DNA of 58,677 bases from an uncultured Sandaracinaceae bacterium (GTDB lineage: Bacteria > Myxococcota_A > Polyangia > Polyangiales > JAFGIB01), in assembly GCA_964450715.1 (NCBI GenBank), contig CAYVFC010000016.1, positions 1 to 58,677 of the forward strand, written 5' to 3'. Below the pieces are notes generated by a model. It was given only the letters and a program-made list of their open reading frames with translations. It had not been told where the DNA came from and did no database searches. The translations under genes were made by a program, and so were the position numbers. Positions 16,272 through 25,652 of the stretch are shown piece by piece (within the stretch, counting starts at the first letter, position 1; the number at the start of each line of letters is the position of its first letter).

Positions 16272-16960
16272 TCCGAACGCACCGAAATTGCGTTAGTGAC
16301 CGCCCTACACCGGACCCTCCTGAGTATCAAAAAGGATGAAGGCCGAGCTTGAGCCGGTATACGCACACGCCGGGCGTAGATTCATCCCCTTGCCGCCGGA
16401 GGCTGTCCTGGGCAAGCGACTGCTATGGGCTTCCCATGGCAGCCTTTGTTCTTTTTTCGCTATGTTTCTTAAGTTCAACATCCTCGTTCTTTTCGCTTCG
16501 TCTAACTTCAACGGGGCTGAACCCGCCCCGATCTCTTATTGATGTACCCCTTTGACGAACGAGTCAAGTATTTTTTCCAAACAAATCTTCTTCTGGCGGT
16601 TCTTTTTCTCCGCGGGCAATTTCGGCGACCTTTATCCCCGCTACCCCGTCTTACACCCACATACCCGGACACCGTGGCGCCCCACGGCCGCCAGCCTCGT
16701 TAGAAAACACTATTAGGAGATCCATAACGGACCCGGCGGCCGACCGACCGGGCCTCGTATACGGACGGGGTTCTCGAGCCCATTCGTTATAGATCCTTAT
16801 CAGAGAACTCCGAGGCAGTTTTCCACTTGCTCGCCAGACAGTGTCCGTTCACACTACAGCTTCCGTGAAGGGGCGGTAGCGGTACTTCTTCTAGAGAATG
16901 AGAATCGGGGTCACGCGGCGTCGTACGCGGCGCGCATAGAAACCGTAAAAGGATGTAGCA

Positions 16961-17806
16961 ATGCAACGATTGGTTAGACGTTTTTCCGACGCGGGACTGG
17001 TATTGATACCGGCGGGCCAGCCTATCGGTGGGCCTCAAAACGAATCCGTTTTCGGAATGACGATTCTCCGAAAACTTCGGAAGAACACCCGTTCTGAGTA
17101 CTTCTCAATCTGGCCGGGAGACTCTTCTAATCGTCTGGAGGTCGTCAGCGTCGATAAACGGAAGCGCCATGTCGTTTTACTGGTCCACGAGCCCCGCCGT
17201 GAGGTACATCATCGTTTCACCAAGGCGCAGGCAAAACGAACCTCCATTCCAACGGCGGCCACCGGAGTCAAGCGTAACAAGGACGGAAGCGTCGAGTTCG
17301 TTACCCTGAGCCCTTCCCGTAAGCGCCACTTTCTGTGTGGAGTGGATGAGCGCCAGCTGTTCATCGCTCAGCTGCCTCGGGGGGTGACCACCGTACGCGA
17401 CGCCCACGGGTCGCTCGAATCGGTGGAGTTGACGCTTTTTGAAGGGCGAGCGCCCGGGAAGACGGTCCGGCAGGGCGAGTGGTTCTTTCTCAATCCAACG
17501 CCCGAAGAAAGCGAGCAACTCGAGAGGACCATTTCCGATCATTCGGTGGTCGTTCAGAAGAAGGCGTCGATCGGTCGGGTCGCCGGTCGAAACTTCGGCA
17601 ATCCACATACAGCGGACGAGGTCGTTGTGCTCGCGGCACCAAGGCTGGAACACGGCCATCCGGTCCGCGAACGCCCCGACGTGTTTGTCCGCGGTAGAGT
17701 ACGACATCCGGATCACAAGACGGTCTCGTTCAAGACCTGGCGTAAGGTCATTCGAAACGCCGAAACCGACGAAGGACGGATGGAAGGCATCGACTGGATC
17801 GACTGA
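16961..17806 (+). CDS. hypothetical protein (first gene of a three-gene cassette)
   Basis: 281-aa ORF with no recognisable motif. Followed 48 nt later by two nucleotidyltransferase genes on the same strand. Confidence 0.5.
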   Translation: MQRLVRRFSDAGLVLIPAGQPIGGPQNESVFGMTILRKLRKNTRSEYFSIWPGDSSNRLEVVSVDKRKRHVVLLVHEPRREVHHRFTKAQAKRTSIPTAATGVKRNKDGSVEFVTLSPSRKRHFLCGVDERQLFIAQLPRGVTTVRDAHGSLESVELTLFEGRAPGKTVRQGEWFFLNPTPEESEQLERTISDHSVVVQKKASIGRVAGRNFGNPHTADEVVVLAAPRLEHGHPVRERPDVFVRGRVRHPDHKTVSFKTWRKVIRNAETDEGRMEGIDWID

Positions 17807-17854
17807 GCGCAACAGTACCTGTTCTCGACAACTCGTAATAGTATTGCGTTTACC

Positions 17855-18661
17855 GTGTCGACCGCATACCGGAGTCTCATGAAAGCGAGCCAAATAGACG
17901 AGGTCTGGTCGATGCTCGACCGCTCGGCGCTGGCGGATGTAGCCAGAACCGGCCCAGAGGCCATATTCGCGACCATCAGTGGTGCGCATCTCTACGGGTT
18001 CGCCTCGAATAACAGTGACGTGGATCTGCGCGGCGCCTTCATGCTTTCGGCTCGGGAAATGCTCGGGCTTCGTGCGGTAGAAGAGACGGTATCGGTCAGC
18101 GACCAGCGTGCCGGTATGGATCTAGACTGGGTTGCGCATGACATCCGGAAGTTTGCGCGCATGATGACGAAGCACAACGGCTACGTGCTGGAGCAGCTGT
18201 TCTCTCCGTTGGTAGTCATCACCACGCCTGAACACGACGAGCTACGCGAGCTCGGAAGGGGCTGCGTAACGCGCCCGACCGTCCGGCATTACCTGGGTTT
18301 TGCCCAGGGCCGTCGTAAACGATTGAAAGAGCCCGATCCGACCGTCAAGCATCTGCTCTATGCGTACCGGGTCTACCTGACCGGGATACACGCGATGGGT
18401 ACCGGTGAGATCGAAGCGAACATTCGGAGCCTCAACGAGCGCTTTCGCCTAGAGCAGATCGACGAGTTGGTCGCCCGGAAAACGGAGGGAACGGAGAAGA
18501 TGCTCCTCGCCGCCGGCGAAGTCGAACAGCACGAGCGGTTCTTCGACGAGCTCGAGAGCAGGCTCAACGAAGCGCACGAGAGGAGCCGGTTGCCCGAGGA
18601 AGCCACGACCGCGCGCGACCTGGACGATTTCGTCGTCCGGATCCGGCTGAAAAGGGCGTAG
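17855..18661 (+). CDS. nucleotidyltransferase-fold protein (PF10127/RlaP-like)
   Basis: ISGAHLYGFASNNSDVDLRGAF matches the GS-x9-13-D-x-D(E) pol-beta-type NTase signature of PF10127-type predicted nucleotidyltransferases. Confidence 0.6.
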   Translation: MSTAYRSLMKASQIDEVWSMLDRSALADVARTGPEAIFATISGAHLYGFASNNSDVDLRGAFMLSAREMLGLRAVEETVSVSDQRAGMDLDWVAHDIRKFARMMTKHNGYVLEQLFSPLVVITTPEHDELRELGRGCVTRPTVRHYLGFAQGRRKRLKEPDPTVKHLLYAYRVYLTGIHAMGTGEIEANIRSLNERFRLEQIDELVARKTEGTEKMLLAAGEVEQHERFFDELESRLNEAHERSRLPEEATTARDLDDFVVRIRLKRA

Positions 18662-18663
18662 CG

Positions 18664-19809
18664 ATGACCGGATTTCCGCTACGCCGTCATACGATCTTCG
18701 TGGCGCTGGCGGGTAGCCATGCGCACGGAACGGCTCGCAGTGGATCCGACGTGGACCTACGCGGCGTGTGCGTCGCGCCGCTTCGCATCCGGGCATCCTT
18801 CCGCGAGAGCTTCGAGCAGTACGAGGGAGAGATGGATCAGGAGCTACGGGAGGCGGTGTTCGCCGGGCTGCGAGGTCATCCCACCGCGTCACAGGGACTG
18901 TCGGACAAGATCGACTGCACGATCTTCGACGTGGCCAAGTTCGTGGGGCTGTGCGCGAACGCCAATCCGAATGCGCTGGAGATTCTCTACGCGGATAGGC
19001 GCGACTGGGTATTTAAGACATCAGCCTGGGAGCGCCTGTATGCCGAGCGCCGTCGATTTCTATCGCTGAAGGTCCAACAGACATACGCGGGCTATGCCAT
19101 GGCTCAGCTCAAGAGAATCAAGAGCCACCGGTCCTGGCTTCTGAATCCTCCGGCGAAGAAGCCAACGAGGACGGACTTCGGCCTACCCGAGCAGGGCACG
19201 CTCAACCAGGACGATCGCAATCGCATCGAGCAGGGGATCGCCGAGAAGATCAGTGGATGGGGAATCGAGACACTCGAAATGCCCAAGGCGACCCGCATCG
19301 CTCTCAACGAGCGCCTCGAAGCTTTCCGGAGCGACGTGTTGGCCGCAGAGGCCGAGGAGGTCGCAGACAGGCTCCGCGAAACCGCTGCCCGCAATCTAGG
19401 GATATCGAAACAGCTCATGGAAGCGCTGGAAGGCGAGCGAAAATACAGGGGCGCGCTCAAGCGCTGGGACTCCTACCAGACCTGGAAGCAGCAGCGGAAT
19501 CCGGATAGAGCTAAACTCGAAGCCCAGTTTGGCTACGACACCAAACATGGGATGCACCTGTTACGGCTCATGCGCACGGGACTCGAAATTCTTCGGACCG
19601 GCGAACTTCAGGTTCGCCGCCCGGATGCAGCGGAACTCAGTGCCATCCGCGATGGAGCCATGACTTACGGTGAGCTACTGGCTGAGGCCGAACATTTGCG
19701 GGAAGGAATGGATACTGCGGCCGGAAATGCGGACCTGCCTGCAGACGTCGACTACGAAGCTCTGGACGAGTTGCTGTACACGCTGATTCGTGACGAGGGT
19801 TGCTGCTAA
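18664..19809 (+). CDS. nucleotidyltransferase-fold protein (PF10127/RlaP-like) with C-terminal helical extension
   Basis: ALAGSHAHGTARSGSDVDLRGV carries the same NTase signature. It starts 3 nt after the previous stop, and the two proteins are paralogues. Confidence 0.6.
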   Translation: MTGFPLRRHTIFVALAGSHAHGTARSGSDVDLRGVCVAPLRIRASFRESFEQYEGEMDQELREAVFAGLRGHPTASQGLSDKIDCTIFDVAKFVGLCANANPNALEILYADRRDWVFKTSAWERLYAERRRFLSLKVQQTYAGYAMAQLKRIKSHRSWLLNPPAKKPTRTDFGLPEQGTLNQDDRNRIEQGIAEKISGWGIETLEMPKATRIALNERLEAFRSDVLAAEAEEVADRLRETAARNLGISKQLMEALEGERKYRGALKRWDSYQTWKQQRNPDRAKLEAQFGYDTKHGMHLLRLMRTGLEILRTGELQVRRPDAAELSAIRDGAMTYGELLAEAEHLREGMDTAAGNADLPADVDYEALDELLYTLIRDEGCC

Positions 19810-20248
19810 AGAATTCGGCCACCCCGGGCAATCTTCCGGGTAGTCTTCCAGCGCGTTTTTCCTCCCCGGCACGCAACATCCGGCCTCTTCCGGCCGATAA
19901 CCTAGGCGTGGGTAAAAAGACCCATTCCGAACCCGCTCGTCGGAGGCGTCGTTGTCGATCCCTGCGCATCGAGAACGACGATACCCCCGGGATCGTTTCA
20001 GGGTACGGGGTGAAAGGCGCGTTATGAAGAAGAAAGCCTCCAAACGAACTGCTGGCAAGAATTCGGCGAAAAAAGCGGCGAAAACTGTCGCACCGCCGGT
20101 GCGACAATCTGACGGACCGGTATCTGCAGGCGAGTTTGACGAGGTCCTCGCCTTGATCGAGGCGGCGCGCCAACGGGCTTACCGGGTCGAACCCTTCATG
20201 GCCCACCGATGCCGATCTTCGCTTCGAAAAGATCGGCTTTTTACTTAA

Positions 20249-21745
20249 TCACCTGAAAAGGTCTTCGACGGTCACGACGTTGTCGACGAGATCCTGGGAC
20301 CAGGTGTTCCTCTTGAGACCGTGCATCGTGACCAGAGCCAGGAGGATCTTTTTTTTCGTCCCCGTCCTCTTCTCGAAGACGTCGATCTTGCTCTTCAACT
20401 CTCGTGCGTAAACCTTGTCGATCGCGAACTCGTCGGCGCAATACTTCGCCTCGCAAAGCGTGATGACTCCGTCGGCGCGATCGAACAGCAGGTCGATCTG
20501 CGCTCCCCTTTCGGCCGTCCTTCCCTTTTCGGACACGTATCGCCAGCTGCCGGTCTCAGCGGCCACCGACTGGATACCGAGCGCCTCGCGTATCTGCCGG
20601 GCGTGCTTGAGACAGACGCCTTCGAACGCGTGGCCGGCCCAGGCGCGGTAGGCCGGGGTTCGCGATTTCGCAATCCAGTAGTCGGCGGAGTCCGCTCGAA
20701 ATACTCGCGCTGGAGCCGGCTCGATCCATTTCAGGTAAAACGAGATGTATTCGTCGATGAGCCGATAGGACACTTTCTTCGCCCGGTATCCGTATGGCGT
20801 GGCCGCGGCGATGAAACCGGCCTCCTCTAGCTCGCGTAATCGTTTCTTCAGCCGACCGCCGGAGGGTATACCCGTCAACCGCACCAGCTCTTCGCGGTCG
20901 ATGCCGCTTCCTTTGCTGGCGATGGCCCGGATGACCTTCTCGTAGACATCGGCAGAGCGGAATAGCGAGGCGAACAGCCGCTCGAACTCGTCGAACAGAG
21001 AACCGTTGCGGTCGAAACAGATCGCGCCGATGTTCTGTGCCGCGGATCGTCCCCGCCCAACCTGCATCAGGTAGTAGGGAATGCCTCCGAGCGCCAGATA
21101 TATTTCGACGACCTGAACCGGGTTGAGCGACACGCTGCGAGCGGCCAGGAACTCGCGCACTTCCGATAGCGTGAAAGGCATCAGCCGTATCCGTCTGGTG
21201 ATGCGGTTGTGAAGCCCGCCCTTGGCATGGATCAGATTATCGAGAATCCAGGAAGCCGCGCTTCCGCAGACGATCAACCGTATCTGGCGCAGCCGGCTCA
21301 TTCGCGTATTCCAGTAGTGGTCGAGCGCCTGCAAGAGTCGCGATCTGGGCGTCGCCAGCCAGGGAAGCTCGTCGAGGAAAACGACGATCGTCCGTTTGCT
21401 GTGCTGCTCGATGTACCGATCGATCGCGTCGCAAAGAAGCCCGAGCGCGCTTTCCCAGGATTCGAGATCGGGCAGCGGTCTTCCGTCGTAGAAGACGCGT
21501 TCAAGCTCCCGTTTGAAATGAAATAGCTGGATTGCCGTCGAGGCGTCCTTCTGCCCGGTCGCCGCGAAAAACAGGTCGCAGCGCGGTTCGCAGTACTCGC
21601 GGATCAGATGGGTCTTTCCGACTCGCCGCCGGCCGTAGATGGCGAGAAACTCAGCGGAACCAGATCGGAGAAGATCGTCGAGAATCCTCTTTTCGGGCCG
21701 CCTTCCGATAACGGCGCGATTCGAGCTTTCAATAGATTTGGCCAC
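20249..21745 (-). CDS. ATP-binding protein, archaeal-ATPase (PF01637) + DUF234 family
   Basis: Walker A GRRRVGKT, Walker B FLDELPW, and a C-terminal DUF234-like region. Confidence 0.8.
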   Translation of the reverse strand: MAKSIESSNRAVIGRRPEKRILDDLLRSGSAEFLAIYGRRRVGKTHLIREYCEPRCDLFFAATGQKDASTAIQLFHFKRELERVFYDGRPLPDLESWESALGLLCDAIDRYIEQHSKRTIVVFLDELPWLATPRSRLLQALDHYWNTRMSRLRQIRLIVCGSAASWILDNLIHAKGGLHNRITRRIRLMPFTLSEVREFLAARSVSLNPVQVVEIYLALGGIPYYLMQVGRGRSAAQNIGAICFDRNGSLFDEFERLFASLFRSADVYEKVIRAIASKGSGIDREELVRLTGIPSGGRLKKRLRELEEAGFIAAATPYGYRAKKVSYRLIDEYISFYLKWIEPAPARVFRADSADYWIAKSRTPAYRAWAGHAFEGVCLKHARQIREALGIQSVAAETGSWRYVSEKGRTAERGAQIDLLFDRADGVITLCEAKYCADEFAIDKVYARELKSKIDVFEKRTGTKKKILLALVTMHGLKRNTWSQDLVDNVVTVEDLFR

Positions 21746-21875
21746 TTTCCAAAAAAATAACCGGCCAAATCCTAACTGTCAATAACGATTTGGCCGCATT
21801 TTAGGAATAATAACGGCCAAATCGATCCGAGGAGCCCTCGGGCGCGATTCCAAAACTATCGTCCAACAAACTGTC

Positions 21876-22236
21876 CAACAGGGCTCGAAAAGGCGGGGTT
21901 CGACACGATGAGCGTGCAGGAACGGCGATTTTCGCGTCTTTAGCGTCCGTGACAAAATAACTCGATCAGGTTTCGGAGCGCGACGGCCCCGGATGCAAGG
22001 CGCGACGACGAGAAATATTGGGGATATTTCGAGGAGGAGCAACGCAGCAGACGGGGCCGTCCCGCCCGAAAGATGGATGAGTTATTTTGTCACGGACGCT
22101 TAGGGCCCTGTTTGGCCTTATTCTTAATCCATTGGTCGAAGGTTTACTGCGCGCCTGCGGCGCTCCGTAGCCGTCGCTGGAAAGCTCCAGCACGCTGGAC
22201 CTTTCCAACTCCGGTCGAATCCTTCATGGCCCACCG
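21876..22236. repeat. intergenic repeat family, copy A (carries the MITE insertion)
   Basis: Shares about 85-90% identity over about 200 nt with 29741-29945: ccaacagggctcgaaa...cacgatga.cgtgcag.aacggcg.ttttcgc.tcttt...ttaatccat.ggtcgaaggtttact.cgcgcct...cagcacgctggacctttcca.ctccggtcgaatc.ttcatggcccaccg. Confidence 0.65.
21942..22100. mobile_element. MITE-like insertion (159 bp) with 22-bp perfect terminal inverted repeats
   Basis: AGCGTCCGTGACAAAATAACTC ... GAGTTATTTTGTCACGGACGCT. It is present in repeat copy A (21876-22236) and absent from the otherwise collinear copy B (29741-29945). Confidence 0.6.
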
Positions 22237-22816
22237 CACTTACGCTCTTCTCCGTTTGCTCTTGGCCCACTTTGTGGCCCACTTCGAGGCCCACCTCCTG
22301 TTCCGTCGAAGTCTCCCAAGCTAGTTCGGGGATGGCTTGGTTCAAGGGGACAAGCTCACCCAGTCCAAGCTCCTCGAAGTTGCGGGCGGTACGCTTGTAG
22401 CGGTTGATCATCGCGCTCGACTTGTGCCCCGTCCGGTCCGCGATCCACGACTCACTTCGGCCATCACAAGCGTAATGGTCACGAACGTCACCCGAAGGTC
22501 ATGCTGCAGCCGTCGACCACGAAGCTCTGGACGAGCTGTTGTTTTCGGTGATTAGTGACGATGAAGCCGATCGGGCATTTCCGGGGCGTTTCGACCCCAC
22601 CTGATTCCCGGCGCGGTTTTCGATATCAGGCAATGAAACGATGAACCGAGCGCTATCGAAAGTCGGCGCCTCGTCTAAGTCGGCCCAGCGTGACTTTCTA
22701 ATGAGGAGAGAAGCCGTTGGCTAAGTGTAACACCTCGATATCATGGGGAATATCGCGTGTGCGGCTAAATGTAAATACGATTGACAATTAGCAGAAACCG
22801 TGCTCGAGTGAGCAGA

Positions 22817-24001
22817 ATGATTGAACGAACGCTCCGAAGCGCTCTTCTCGGGCTCGCCGAACGGCACCCGGTCGTCACGGTCACCGGGCCGCGTCAGTCC
22901 GGAAAGACCACGTTATGCCGGGCCGCATTCCCGGACAAACCCTACGTCTCCCTGGAAGACCCGGAAACGCGTGCGTTCGCCTTGAACGACCCGCGCGGCC
23001 TACTCTCGCAATACAGCGGGGGAGCCGTCTTCGACGAGGTGCAGCGCGCCCCGGAGATGACATCTTACCTTCAAGGGATTGTCGATGCCGAACCCGCTCC
23101 GGGGCGTTTCATTCTGACCGGTTCACAACATCTCGGCTTGCACGGCCAGGTATCCCAGTCGCTCGCCGGGCGCACCGCGCTCATCGATCTACTACCCCTG
23201 TCGTGGACGGAGGTCCAACGGTTCCCCGAACATCCAGACACACTATTCGAGGCCCTGGTCGCGGGCGGATATCCCGCCGTATTCGATCGGGGAGTGCCTC
23301 CCGGAGAGTGGATCGCTTCTTATGTCCGTACCTACGTCGAACGGGACGTGCGTCAGATAGTAAACGTAACCGACCTCCTCGCCTTTCAAACCTTCCTCGG
23401 GCTGTGCGCCGGCCACGCCGGCAATCTAGTCAATCTCTCCGAGCTGGGCTCTTCGGCCGGGATATCCCATAATACGGCCCGGGAGTGGCTGTCGGTGCTG
23501 GAGGCGGGGTTTATCGTGTTTCGGTTGCCGCCGTTTTTCGCCAACCTCAACAAGCGGTTGGTGAAGACTCCGAAACTGTACTTCCACGACACCGGTCTAC
23601 TCTGCTACCTGCTCGGCGTTCGCGAACCCAAGGAACTGGTACGCCATCCACTTCGAGGAGCTGTTTTCGAGAACTGGGTGACCACCGAGATCATCAAAGC
23701 CCATACCCATCGTGCGACGACGCCGCGTCTGAGTTTTTACCGCGACCGGGCCAAGATGGAAGTCGACATGGTACTTGAACGCGTCGATCGAATCGTCGCC
23801 ATAGAGATCAAATCGGGGCAGACCGTCGCCGAGGATTTCTTCAAGTCGCTGACAGCCTTCGCTCAACTAATGCACAACGCCGATGAGTCGCGACCGGTGC
23901 AATCCTATCTCGTAACCGGAGGCGATCAGTACCAGGAACGTTCGACAACCACCGTGCTTCCCTGGCACGCGGTCGCGGATCGAGACTGGAGCGGTGGATA
24001 G
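22817..24001 (+). CDS. AAA-family ATPase (AAA_14 + DUF4143)
   Basis: Walker A GPRQSGKTT, Walker B VFDEVQ, and a C-terminal DUF4143-like region. ATG 22817 is preferred over the TTG at 22781. Confidence 0.75.
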   Translation: MIERTLRSALLGLAERHPVVTVTGPRQSGKTTLCRAAFPDKPYVSLEDPETRAFALNDPRGLLSQYSGGAVFDEVQRAPEMTSYLQGIVDAEPAPGRFILTGSQHLGLHGQVSQSLAGRTALIDLLPLSWTEVQRFPEHPDTLFEALVAGGYPAVFDRGVPPGEWIASYVRTYVERDVRQIVNVTDLLAFQTFLGLCAGHAGNLVNLSELGSSAGISHNTAREWLSVLEAGFIVFRLPPFFANLNKRLVKTPKLYFHDTGLLCYLLGVREPKELVRHPLRGAVFENWVTTEIIKAHTHRATTPRLSFYRDRAKMEVDMVLERVDRIVAIEIKSGQTVAEDFFKSLTAFAQLMHNADESRPVQSYLVTGGDQYQERSTTTVLPWHAVADRDWSGG

Positions 24002-24040
24002 CCCTGCCGGTTTCCACCGCCGTCAAGGCAGAAAGCGGTT

Positions 24041-25411
24041 CTACTTGAGATGGCTGTTGTGGCCGTACTCGAACTCGTCGGTCCGGGTACACAGACCGCA
24101 GCTGTCACCCAGCAGCATATCGCGCGCCGCCGGATCGTCGTTCAGCGTGTACTGGAACCAAGCCAGAGCGGGCTCCCAGACCCGTTCGGGTTGCTCCATG
24201 ACGGTCAGGTGCCCGGTCATGCCACCGCCGGTGAGCAGAACCTGGTGGTAGTACAGCCAGGCCGCGGGCTGAGACGCGAGGTTGACCTCGGACGAAAGGG
24301 TCATGACGCTCGGGTTGCCGATGTCCCGCTCCCCCGATATCGCCATCACCGGCTTGTTGACCGCCGCGGCATCGCCGCCGTTCCACAAGATGACGGACTT
24401 GATCCGCGGGTCGCTCGAAGCGGCCTGGGTCCCGGAGGCCCCCTGCGAGTGGCCCATCACTCCGATCCGGTCCAAGTCGAGCTTCTGGTAGTAGACGCTA
24501 TCGGGGTCGTCGTTCAGCTCAGCGGCCAGATCCAGCGCGTGAAGTATCTCGATTCCGCTGCCCGTCCAGCGGCTATTGGCGGCAAAGACGTAGAAGCCAT
24601 GCGACGCTACCTTGACCAGAAAGGAACCGTACCCGCCGGCCTGGCCGCAGGTGCCGTTACCCCAGGTGATGACCGGGTACTTCTCACCTTCCCGGGTGCA
24701 GGCGGGCCGGAATACGGTGTACAGGGTGAGGTCTTGACCCCTCAGGTCTAGCACGTCGGCGGTCACCGACGCGGGTTCCATGAACGCGCCGGCGGCGATG
24801 TCGCAGGTCAACTCGCCCGGATTCATTACATTGGCGAAATCTGCTCCCTCGTTCCACTCCACATACCCGCCGTACGGACCGGCCAAGAGCTCGGTATTGC
24901 CCCAGGTGCTGCCGTCGGTCAGCGGGATGGTCGGAGTGATCATGCTTGAGCAGGCGGTTTCCATCTCGTCATACATGCACCGTTGCTTCAGCGATGCCAT
25001 GCACGCGTCGAACTCGGCGTCGCCACTGCCGGCAATACCGGCGTCTACGCTGCCGGCGGTATCAGCGTCGTCGCTGCTTCCGGCCACGGCGGCCCTACCT
25101 GCCGCGCCGGCTTGTCCGCCGGACCCAGCGGCGGACTCGATGCCGCCCGCACCGGCAGCCGGTTGCGTACTGCCGGCCTCCGCGAACGGTTCGGTCTGGC
25201 CCCCTGCACCGGCTGCGACCCCTCCCCCGCCGCCGCCTATACCCACCCACGGGCCCACGCCGGAACCGGCAATGCCCTGGAAACCGGCGACGTTGCCGGC
25301 GGCGTTCTGGTCGGTACCTGTGCCGTCGCTGCTACACCCGGTCAGGGCGAGTATCGCGAAGAGACCCACTGCCAGACACCTCGTACGGGAAGATCCTCGA
25401 CTGCAAATCAT
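24041..25411 (-). CDS. secreted lipoprotein with Gly/Ala-rich linker and C-terminal alpha/beta hydrolase domain (GHSQG)
   Basis: Lipobox LALTGC, a long GGGxAAG low-complexity linker, then a hydrolase domain with YPVITWGNGTCG and the nucleophile elbow GHSQGA. AAGGAG RBS. Paralogue of the gene at 28462-29616. Confidence 0.7.
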   Translation of the reverse strand: MICSRGSSRTRCLAVGLFAILALTGCSSDGTGTDQNAAGNVAGFQGIAGSGVGPWVGIGGGGGGVAAGAGGQTEPFAEAGSTQPAAGAGGIESAAGSGGQAGAAGRAAVAGSSDDADTAGSVDAGIAGSGDAEFDACMASLKQRCMYDEMETACSSMITPTIPLTDGSTWGNTELLAGPYGGYVEWNEGADFANVMNPGELTCDIAAGAFMEPASVTADVLDLRGQDLTLYTVFRPACTREGEKYPVITWGNGTCGQAGGYGSFLVKVASHGFYVFAANSRWTGSGIEILHALDLAAELNDDPDSVYYQKLDLDRIGVMGHSQGASGTQAASSDPRIKSVILWNGGDAAAVNKPVMAISGERDIGNPSVMTLSSEVNLASQPAAWLYYHQVLLTGGGMTGHLTVMEQPERVWEPALAWFQYTLNDDPAARDMLLGDSCGLCTRTDEFEYGHNSHLK

Positions 25412-25652
25412 TTGAAAAACTCCTTGTTGAATCGACCGCGGCAGTCACCCGACACCTCCGAAACACCGCCTAGCTTCACGAAAGTCGCCGAGAAGCGAGA
25501 TGGACGGTTCTCGGAACTGTAGAGGTACCCTCGTTGACTACGTGGAACGAAACCGGATTACCGGACAACTCCGCAGGGAGCCAAACCGTTCTCAGATCAG
25601 GCCACCGCAGGAAACCGGAGACAGGCCCGACGGCGAGCAATGCCCGGAGGGA

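Noticed and set aside
16305-17038. Four short ORFs (68-83 aa) in the AT-rich junction
   Set aside because: Mutually overlapping on both strands, no RBS, and biased low-complexity sequence. The region is treated as non-coding.
19952-20248. 98-aa Lys-rich ORF (MKKKASKRTAGKNSAKKAAK...)
   Set aside because: It could be a small basic protein starting at ATG 20024. However, its 3-prime end runs into the partial intergenic repeat and it has no clear RBS, so it is left unannotated at low confidence.
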